Source of the DNA: a virus
DNA: 64,000 nucleotides
Strand: one strand, 5' to 3'
Virus record (IMG/VR): IMGVR_UViG_3300025928_000005
Coordinates: 47,342-111,341 of that record
The position numbers were made by a program, and so were the translations under genes. Positions 56,097-64,000 of this stretch are shown here, piece by piece; position 1 is the stretch's first letter, and every line of letters begins with the position of its first letter. A model generated the notes under the pieces. The model saw nothing but the letters and a program-made list of their open reading frames with translations. It searched no databases and was not told where the DNA came from.

Positions 56097-58720
56097 GAGG
56101 CCCCGGGCAGCAGCCGCAGGCCCGTGAACGCCTCCAGCCGCGCCTTGCCGTTGCCGTCGACGCGGTCCCGCCGCCCCACCCCCGGCAGCTCCTCCACGCG
56201 CTTGTAGAACGCGTTGCGGCCGATCCCGTAGCGGCGGTTCTCGTTGGGGTGCTGGTCCGTGAACCAGTCGTTGAAGCTGTCCCACAGCGTCTTGGGCCTC
56301 ACCTCGTTCTCGACCGTCCCCGTCACCTCCACGAGGTCCGCCACGAACTGCGCCACCAGGTCCAGGTTGTCGTCCTGGTACGTTCGCAGCGCGGCCAGCA
56401 TCTCGTCCGTGAGGATCAGGCCGGTCGGCGCGCCCGGCTCCCGCCGCGCCACCCACCACTCCCGCCACCACCGCACCAGGTGCGCCAGCACCGCGTCCCC
56501 CTCCGCCAGGGCGGCGCGCTTCACGTCGAACTGCTCCGCCTTCGGCACCGGCACCGTCGACAGGGGGAACAGCGCGAGCCGGTTCACCACCTGCGGGGTC
56601 AGGTTCGCCCGCGGCAGCTCGTTCGTGCTGCACGTCAGCTTCCACGTCACCGCCACGTCGATGCGGTCCTGCCGCATCCGCCGCAGCGACACCACCGACC
56701 CCTCCGGGTTGACGAACCGCAGCACCTGCCCCTCGTCCAGGATCTGGCTCGCCGTCATCTCGTTCACCAGGGTCAGCCGGGTCCCGGCCAGCTGGTACTC
56801 CTCCGCGTCGTGCCGGTCCCCCTTCGTCCTCACCAGCAGGGTCGGCCGCCCCGCGAGCCACGCCAGGCCCGGCCCCAGCAGCTCCCCCACCACCTCCAGG
56901 ATCTGGTTCTTGCCGATGTCGCTCGCGCCCTCGAACACGCCCAGCTTCTTCTCCGGGTTGGAGCCGTGTAGCTGGTATCCGAGCCACCGGCCCACCGCCG
57001 CCACGCGCTCCGCGTGCACCGCCTCACTCACCTCTCCCGGGGCCGCGCACAGGCGATGCAGGAGCCCCCAGAAGCGCGGCGCGACCTCCGCGAGGGGGCG
57101 CTCAGCCAGCGAGAGATCCAGGTCCCGCTCCACGCGCTGCGACAGGCGGTCCGCCTGACGGTGCTCCCGCAGCTCACCCGTCGTGACGTCGAAGGTGCCG
57201 TTGCGGAAGCTCAGCAGCGCGGGCCGCGCGTTGAAGTCGCGCTGCGACACCCGCGTCGCCTTCGGCAGCGCCGCGCTCACCACGGCGGTGATTCCCGCGG
57301 TGTTGCGGAACGGGTGGTAGGTCGCGCGGATCCGCTCCACCCGGGCCCGGTCCTGCGCCTCCGCGGTGCCGCTCACCACCGCCAGGTACGCGGGGCTCTC
57401 CCGCAGCTCCCGCACCATCACGTCGTGGCAGCGCCGCGCGACGCGGTCCACCAGCGCCCACACGAGCTCGTGCTTCCCACCGTCCCACCGCCACACGCCC
57501 TCGGCCTCGCTGAACACCGCGAACCGTCCCACCTCGGGGTCCCAACCCACCCGGGAGCCGAACACGTCCAGGACGAGCTCCGCCATGCCCACCTGGTCCG
57601 GGCGATACGGGCCGTCGTCCTCCAGGTGGCTGAACGCGACCTCCTCGAGCGAGTTGGGCCGGCCCACGTCCCGCGACGGGGCCACGGCCACCGGCTCGGG
57701 CTCGGGCTCAGCCGCCGGCTCAGCGCTCACCGCGACCACCGCGCCGTTCACCGCCTCGAGCGCCGCCACCGCCACGGGCTGCGTCGGCGGCACCGGGGGC
57801 GCGCTCACGCTCGTCACGACGGCGTCGGGCGTCACCTCGAGGCCGTGGTTCACCCCATTCATCGCCTCGCAGTACGCCCAGTGCCGCTCGAAGACGTCCC
57901 GGTTGTCCTCCGACCAGCCCCACTCCGGGATGCTGAGCGTCAGCTTGTTCTGCGCGTGATCCAGCCACAGCGCCCACGCGGCTTCCTTCTCGTAGCCGGC
58001 GCGCACCAGTGAGCCCGTGTAGCTGAACAGCTGCGGCTCGTTTCCCTCACCCGCGGTCGCCGTGCCCTGCGCCACCGCGCTCCAGTGGTCGTCGCGGTCG
58101 GCCTCGATCGCGTCAAGCAGCTCGTCGGTCGCGATGATGATCTCGCCGTCCGCGGGCTCGTAGAGCTCACCCGAGTAGTGGACGCAGCCCGGCAGGGGCA
58201 CGAAGCCCATCGACTTCACGTCCCAGCCACCGCGTGGCCCCTGCTTGGGCCAGCGGTGCATCAGCTCCTCGGGCACGTACACGTAGGCGTGCCAGCCGCC
58301 GCCCCGCCGCGCGCACACCGCGTGAGCCTCGGTCACGAGCTCCGCCGTGTTGGATGCCGCGTATTGCTCGCGGTCGTCGACGTCGACCGCGAACAGGCGC
58401 GTCGACGGCGCGCACACCACCGCGACCTGGTGACCGTCGCCCTGCGGGCCGTGCTGGTCGTGGGTCTCGAGCAGCGCGTTCGCGCACCTTCCCGCGTAGT
58501 GTCCCGGGCTGGGGTAGATCGCGCCGTACTGAGCGTTGCTGAACCAGTTCTTGCCACCGTGCGAGAGGTGCTTCGACCACTCCTCTACCTCCACGCGCTG
58601 GCCGCCCACCACCCGCGTGAGCCGCATCAGCGCGTTGTGCCACCGGGCCAGCGTGAAGAAGAACTCGGTGCCGTCGCTCAGCACCGTGAGGCGGTCGTTA
58701 GCCCGAACCTCGGTCGGCAT
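56048..58720 (-). CDS. DNA primase-polymerase fused to D5/P4-type SF3 helicase
   Basis: prim-pol AVDVD..GGWHAY..DVK; D5_N LSFRNGTFD..GELREH; Walker A GASDIGKN; VNE; STNELP. Confidence 0.88.
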   Translation of the reverse strand: MPTEVRANDRLTVLSDGTEFFFTLARWHNALMRLTRVVGGQRVEVEEWSKHLSHGGKNWFSNAQYGAIYPSPGHYAGRCANALLETHDQHGPQGDGHQVAVVCAPSTRLFAVDVDDREQYAASNTAELVTEAHAVCARRGGGWHAYVYVPEELMHRWPKQGPRGGWDVKSMGFVPLPGCVHYSGELYEPADGEIIIATDELLDAIEADRDDHWSAVAQGTATAGEGNEPQLFSYTGSLVRAGYEKEAAWALWLDHAQNKLTLSIPEWGWSEDNRDVFERHWAYCEAMNGVNHGLEVTPDAVVTSVSAPPVPPTQPVAVAALEAVNGAVVAVSAEPAAEPEPEPVAVAPSRDVGRPNSLEEVAFSHLEDDGPYRPDQVGMAELVLDVFGSRVGWDPEVGRFAVFSEAEGVWRWDGGKHELVWALVDRVARRCHDVMVRELRESPAYLAVVSGTAEAQDRARVERIRATYHPFRNTAGITAVVSAALPKATRVSQRDFNARPALLSFRNGTFDVTTGELREHRQADRLSQRVERDLDLSLAERPLAEVAPRFWGLLHRLCAAPGEVSEAVHAERVAAVGRWLGYQLHGSNPEKKLGVFEGASDIGKNQILEVVGELLGPGLAWLAGRPTLLVRTKGDRHDAEEYQLAGTRLTLVNEMTASQILDEGQVLRFVNPEGSVVSLRRMRQDRIDVAVTWKLTCSTNELPRANLTPQVVNRLALFPLSTVPVPKAEQFDVKRAALAEGDAVLAHLVRWWREWWVARREPGAPTGLILTDEMLAALRTYQDDNLDLVAQFVADLVEVTGTVENEVRPKTLWDSFNDWFTDQHPNENRRYGIGRNAFYKRVEELPGVGRRDRVDGNGKARLEAFTGLRLLPGASGLLKEVVEGWTSARG

Positions 58721-58955
58721 GGTATGGTACTCCCAGTTTGTTTCGCAGCGTGGCCCGGCCACGGCGTGGGTGTCGCCGTTCCGGGGTGTTCGGGAGACGG
58801 GAAGCGGCGCCAGGCCCACCAGCCTGGCGCCGCTTCTCGCGTCTAGGGCTCGCCCCGCGAGCCGGCTCCTCTCGTCATCTCGTTCCTCCCCACCGTCCGG
58901 TTCCTCGTCCCCCGATCATAACCCCGCGCGGCCCCGAACGACCCGCCCCCGGGGA

Positions 58956-60720
58956 TCACGTCTCGACGAACAGCTGCCCCACCACCTCGCCGTCGACGCG
59001 GTTCCACTCGTAGCCGTGCACCCGGTACGAGCGGACCCCCTCGCCGGGCAGGTCCAGGGTCACCCAGGCCTGCGCGGCCAGCTTCTGCAGCTCCGCCACG
59101 GACCGCACCGTCGTCTCGCCGAGCACGCGCCCGCGGCTCACGTGGTGCCGGACCTCCACGCGGATCGGGTCGGCGCTCACGGCTTGACCCACAGGAAGCA
59201 CCGCGGCGGGTCGTGGCGGTGGTCGACCCCGTGGTCGACCACGGGCAGCTTCCGTCCCGCCACCGCCGCGACCCGCAGCCGCGACACCTCGGTCACCGAG
59301 GCTACCGTCACCGTTCCCAGCAGCGCCTCCGTCTCGTGGTGGCACACCTCCACCGGGATCTGCCCGCTCACGCCAGCACCACCCGTCCCGGGTCCTCGTC
59401 GTGGGGACCCCAGTAGTTGTCGACCCGCCGGACCGGCAGGTCCACCGGCCCAATGTCCATCTCCACGACCCACGTCGCGCTGCCCGCCTCCGCGTCCCGG
59501 AGCGCCGTCAGCTCGTGAATCAGCTCACCCAGGGTGAGCGCCCGGTCGCCGCTCACAGCGGCTTCACCCACACGGTCGCGACCGGCTCACCCTGAACGAT
59601 GACGGTGTACTGCCCGACGACCTTGTACTTCCTGCCGAGGTAGTCGACCTCGACCAGCTGCCGCAGGTTCGACGGCTGCAGGTCCAGCTCGTCCAGCACC
59701 TCCGCGTTCCGCTTCAGCTTCAGGATCACCCTCACCGGCCACCTCCCTTCTCGTCGAGCTGGCGGCTCAGCTCCAGAACCGCGTCCGTCAGGGCGGTGCG
59801 GCTCACGCGCACCCGGACCGTCGCCGGGTTGCGGGTCCCCACCACCCGGCTCAGCACGTCGTCCGCCGCGACCGTCGCGGACCACGCCGCCTCCACCTTG
59901 GCGCGCGCCGCCAGCAGCGCGCGCCGCTCCTCCCTCGTCGTCACCCGTTCCTCTCCTTCCTCTCGCGGTCCACCTCGAGGCAGCACGCGCAGGTCACCGG
60001 CGTGCCGTCCGACAGGATGGTCCACGTCATGACGAGGCCGCGGCTCGGCTGGCACGCCGTCACGAAGAACGCGTCCCGCCCGCCCCTGGTCAGCTCGTGC
60101 ACGACGTTGGTTCTCGGCTCACGAACCCTCTTCGAGCTCATGCCTCTCCGTTCCTACCTCTTCATCGAGTCGAGCAGGTCGTTCGCGAACTTGCTCACGT
60201 CGGTAACCACCACGGGGTGGCTGACCAGCAGCGCGATCAGCAGCACGACCCCGACCACCGCCAGAAACCGTCCCATCCCGGACCTCACCTCCCCTCTCGT
60301 CCCCAGCCACCGGGCCCTCGCCGGAGCGCCAGGCAGCGCTCGCACGTCACCGCGTCGGCGGTCACCCGCAGCTCCCTCCACTGGTCCAGCAGCGGCGCGC
60401 AGACCACCACGCGCTGCCCGTCCCACGCCGCCTCATCGTGCACGGCCCCGTCCGGGGTCCGCACGTGGCGGCCCGTCGGCCCACCCACCTCGTCACCTCG
60501 CCTCTCGATCGTCAGGGGCGGCGTCGCCGCCGTCCAGCAGCCGTTCCACCGCCACCGAGACGGCGTCCAGTGCCCGGAACGCGCCGTCTACCTGCGCGAC
60601 CAGGGGGTGCCGTCGACCCAGGGCCTGGCTGACCCTCGTCTCCGCGTCGTTCACGGTCCTCATCGCCGCGCCCAGCGCCCGCAGCGCGACCCGCAGCTCG
60701 CGCTCGACCGCGGCGGTCAC
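58956..60720 (-). other. nine small ORFs (58956-59180, 59177-59371, 59368-59556, 59553-59735, 59732-59944, 59941-60141, 60154-60276, 60285-60488, 60493-60720)
   Basis: GTGA overlaps and RBSs. Confidence 0.6.
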
Positions 60721-60832
60721 CGTCGACCTCCCCGCCGCCGGCGGCGACGGCGGCCGCCGTCGCCCCACGGCCACGCGTCCACCAGGCCATCCAGGAGCCC
60801 GGCCAGCAGCTCAACCAGCCAGTCCACTGGGA

Positions 60833-61066
60833 TCACCGCAGCTTCGCGGGCCACGTCGACCCGGAGCCACGCTCCGGCTTGACCACCGTGAGCTTGTCCC
60901 GCGTGAGCCACTGGGCTCGCGCCCCTCGCAGCTCGGGCTGCACCAGCCAGCGCTCTGGCTCACCGCCCTCGGCCACCGCGTGCTCCTGCACCACACCGAA
61001 CGCGCCGGGCACCACCCTCGAGCTCACCCGGGCACCCACCCTCAGGTCCTTCGCGTTCCACGTCAC
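60833..61066 (-). CDS. small beta-barrel-like protein, paralog family 1
   Basis: PERWLV..WLTR. Confidence 0.65.
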   Translation of the reverse strand: MTWNAKDLRVGARVSSRVVPGAFGVVQEHAVAEGGEPERWLVQPELRGARAQWLTRDKLTVVKPERGSGSTWPAKLR

Positions 61067-61083
61067 GTCAGTCCTCCTTTTCA

Positions 61084-61287
61084 TCAGGTCCTCCCCGCTC
61101 GCCTCAGCGCGTCCCGCACCGCGGTCAACGCGACGTCCGCCGAGTAGCGGGCGCTGTTCACCCGCTGGCTCAGCTGCGCGCAGCCCGGCTCGTTCTCCAG
61201 CAGGTGCACGGCCACGCTCAGCTTCGCCGCGGCCTCCGTCAGGAGGTTGCCCGCGTCCGTCAGCGTCTCTCGGTCCACGTGCGTCAC
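61084..61287 (-). CDS. hypothetical helical protein
   Basis: coupled ORF. Confidence 0.55.
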   Translation of the reverse strand: MTHVDRETLTDAGNLLTEAAAKLSVAVHLLENEPGCAQLSQRVNSARYSADVALTAVRDALRRAGRT

Positions 61288-61478
61288 CCCTCTCGCGCCC
61301 GCGTGAACTCACCGCGGGTCAACCACCGCGCGATGTCGTGCCGGTTGCAGGGTGAGACGAGCCACCGCTCCGGGTCGCCGCCCTCTCGCCCCTGGTGATC
61401 CTTGATCGTGCCGAGCCCCTCGGGAAGCCGGCTCGACCACACGAGGTCACCCACCTGGGGCCTCCAGTCGTCCTCCAC
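61284..61478 (-). CDS. small beta-barrel-like protein, paralog family 1
   Basis: PERWLV..WLTR. Confidence 0.65.
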   Translation of the reverse strand: MEDDWRPQVGDLVWSSRLPEGLGTIKDHQGREGGDPERWLVSPCNRHDIARWLTRGEFTRAREG

Positions 61479-61491
61479 CTCTCGCTCCCTT

Positions 61492-61707
61492 CTACCGCTG
61501 CCACCAGCGCGGCTCGCCGGTGAGCGCGAGCTCCTCGCGGGTCAGCCAGACCGCGAGCGCGCCGGCCTGGCGGGGCTTGACGAGCCAGAGCTCCGGCTTG
61601 GCGGGGGTCGCTGCCTGGTGCCCGACCACCCGTCCCACCTCGCCGGGGATCCGGTCGGACGCCGCCGGCTCACCGATCCGCGGCTGCCTGGGCTCAGGTC
61701 TAGGCAC
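61492..61707 (-). CDS. small beta-barrel-like protein, paralog family 1
   Basis: PELWLV..WLTR. Confidence 0.65.
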   Translation of the reverse strand: MPRPEPRQPRIGEPAASDRIPGEVGRVVGHQAATPAKPELWLVKPRQAGALAVWLTREELALTGEPRWWQR

Positions 61708-61708
61708 G

Positions 61709-62158
61709 TCAGTCCTCTCGTCCGTAGAAACCGTGGTCCGCGTCATAGCCGACCCACGTGCCCGGTCGCTCGGTGGGCGTGGCCCACGCCACGAACTGCC
61801 GCACGGGCTCGGGCGTCGCGGTGCTCGCGGGATTCACGCGCACCGTGAGCTCGGCACCGCACTCGCAGTCCTCACGTTCCTCGCAGTGGTCGAGCGTGGG
61901 GTTGCGGCCAACGAGCGTCACCCTGGTCGCGACCCACTGGCCGTGCCGCCACGCGTAGATCGCGCGGATCTCGTGGGGGTCCCGTACCTGCCGCGGCGCC
62001 CGCTTGGACCGCTCGTTGCCGCCGCGTCCCGGTGACACGTGGTTCTCGACCACCGGCACCGGTTCGTCCCAACGCAGGAACGCCTTGACCTCGTGCGTGA
62101 CGCCCAACCGTGGGTAGTCCGCGTAGCTAAGTGAGTAGACGCGCCACTCCGTTGTCAC
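61709..62158 (-). CDS. hypothetical protein
   Basis: coupled ORF. Confidence 0.55.
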   Translation of the reverse strand: MTTEWRVYSLSYADYPRLGVTHEVKAFLRWDEPVPVVENHVSPGRGGNERSKRAPRQVRDPHEIRAIYAWRHGQWVATRVTLVGRNPTLDHCEEREDCECGAELTVRVNPASTATPEPVRQFVAWATPTERPGTWVGYDADHGFYGRED

Positions 62159-62159
62159 G

Positions 62160-62510
62160 TCAGCGCCCTCCCTCGAGAACCCGCTCCCGGGTCCGCCGCA
62201 CCTCGCGTCGGGCCCACGCCACGGCGTGCATCACCGGGGCGGTCGTCGCGTGGTTCGCCTCGTAGCGCCGCAGCAGGTCACCCAGGGTCGCCAGCTCGTC
62301 CGCGCTCAGGGGGCGGTCAGCCAGCTTCTCGCTCTCGTCGGTCAGGATGGAGATCAGCGGCCACGTGGTGTCGCCGGCGTCCCAGTTCACCTCAGCCCGC
62401 CACTCCCCCGCCGGGACCCGCCGAAGGGCGTCGAGCCGTCCCGTGCAGGTGCCGCCGCGCCGACGGATCCCGTTGACCCGCACGCCCGGCTTGATGTCGC
62501 TCACGTCCAT
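62160..62510 (-). CDS. hypothetical protein
   Basis: follows TTTACA promoter near 62570 and GAGGAGG RBS. Confidence 0.7.
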   Translation of the reverse strand: MDVSDIKPGVRVNGIRRRGGTCTGRLDALRRVPAGEWRAEVNWDAGDTTWPLISILTDESEKLADRPLSADELATLGDLLRRYEANHATTAPVMHAVAWARREVRRTRERVLEGGR

Positions 62511-62578
62511 GGTTCCTCCTCTCTTCCTGGTTCCTGGTCTGGGATCAGCCTACCGTAGCCGCGCTGAAATGTAAACCC

Positions 62579-63917
62579 CTACTTCTCCTCGAGCCGCAGC
62601 TGGTACGGGTACGACTTCCGGCACAGCTGGCAGGTCACCTTGGCCGGGTCGTCGGTCAGGTAGGCGGCCGACGCCTGCCGCCCGCGGGCCGCGATCTTCA
62701 GGTCGCTGCCGCACGCGGGGCCCGTGAAGGTGGTGCCGACCCCGGTCCGCAGGTGGACCTTGTGCGGGCGGCGCGGCTTCCCGGGCGTGAGGCCCCACCT
62801 CGGGTCGTTGAACCCTGAGGGGCTCACCGCGCACTCACCTCGCGGTGCAGGAGCCGCAGCGCCTCGTCGTACGTCGTCAGGCCGAAGCTCGCGGGGTCTG
62901 GGATGGGCCGCCCGTCGACGGTAAAGACGTCGAAGTGCGACTCACTGTCGAGGGTGCCGCGGTTCGAGCTCGCGAGCCGGCCCACGGGAACGCCGTCCCG
63001 AGACACCTCCCACCACCACGTGCCCCGCGTCCGCGCCTCGACCCGCTCGCAGCTCCAGCGATGCTCCTCGAACTCGCTCACCGCTCACCCGCCGCCCTCA
63101 GCCCGTCGATCACGCGCAGCATCCCGTCTGCCTGCCTGACCGTCAGGTCCGCCGCCGTGGCCAGGGCGCTCTTGGCGCCCCACTTGTCCGTCGCGGCGAG
63201 CTGCACCGCCAGGGCCTCGGTTCGAACCATGTGCGCCCGCAGGCGCAGCTGGTCCAGGGATTGGTCGCCGTGTCTTCCCACGTCGGTTCCTCGCTCTCGT
63301 TGTCGTCGTTCTCGGTGCCGGCGCTCACGATCGAGCGTCGGTGATCTCCTCGAGCTGGGTCGCGGCCTCGAGCTCTCGCACCGACCAGCGGCTCGGCTCG
63401 AGGTGCCCCGTGACCCGGGAGTGGTACGTGAACCCGTACGGCAGCGCGTACCACCGCCCCGACCAGTTGTGGCCGCGCTCCCTGAAGACGCGGGCCCCGG
63501 CGACCTGCTCGGCGTGGGGCCGGGCCGTCAGCTCGGCCCACAGCTCCTCGAGCCGCGCGAGGTCGCTCGCTCCCTTCAGCGTCAGGCTGTTGATGAAGCT
63601 GATCGCCCGTCGGAGCGAGTCGACGCTCATCCTCCGGACGTCGCCCGTGTACGTGCCCACCATCAGATGACCTCTACCAGGTTGTCGGGGCTGAGCAGGA
63701 CCCCGCGGCCCCGCACGACCTTCCACACCACGTCCACCGCTCGCCGCCGCACCTCGAGGGCGGTGCCCTCGTGCGGGGCCGGCCAGCGGTCGCTCTCGTG
63801 GCCTACGGTGAGCCGGCACCGCACCGTCTCGCCGCGGGTCGCGCGGCCCAGCAGGGAGCGCGTCGTGACGGCGATCTCCGCGGGACAGCGCTCGCGGCCG
63901 AGCCGCAGGCGGTTCAC
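62579..63917 (-). other. five small ORFs (62579-62827, 62824-63081, 63078-63281, 63325-63663, 63663-63917)
   Basis: overlapping start/stop codons. Confidence 0.55.
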
Positions 63918-64000
63918 TCGAGCTCCCGCACGGTCACCGCGGGCGACGGGTTCGTCGCCCACGTCGGGACGCTCGCCGCCACGTTCCGGCTCGTCGTCGC

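Overview
This window is part of a large, high-GC tailed phage genome from an actinomycete host; no integrase, tail module or host genes are visible, so prophage or plasmid-phage state is unknown. (1) 1-16.5 kb, minus strand: packaging and head genes (TerS, TerL, a portal with fused HiPIP-like/NUDIX/ParB-like domains, protease-scaffold, major capsid, two small head proteins, a DxD glycosyltransferase-like gene) plus a secreted LysM-Rpf protein. (2) 16.5-20.6 kb, minus strand: the most striking locus, a ~1.5 kb array of structured RNAs directly upstream of a Ro60/TROVE gene and a PNKP-type HAD phosphatase. The array holds 5 tRNAs, 5 Y-RNA-like RNAs sharing one scaffold with different inserts, a free-standing circularly permuted tRNA, a double-T-loop RNA and a putative pseudoknot RNA. 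(3) 20.6-49.1 kb, mostly plus strand: small accessory genes, a Streptomyces-plasmid-like spd/TraB(FtsK) module with repeat tracts, a UDP-sulfoquinovose synthase homolog, and HicA-like and DUF397 genes. (4) 49.3-54.2 kb: 12 near-identical promoter/leader units, each heading 1-2 small genes. (5) 55.7-58.7 kb: primase-polymerase/D5 helicase with an adjacent TGGACTT-repeat origin candidate, followed by small paralogous genes. All calls are by eye from motifs and manual folding; no searches were run, and many starts were moved to RBS-supported codons.
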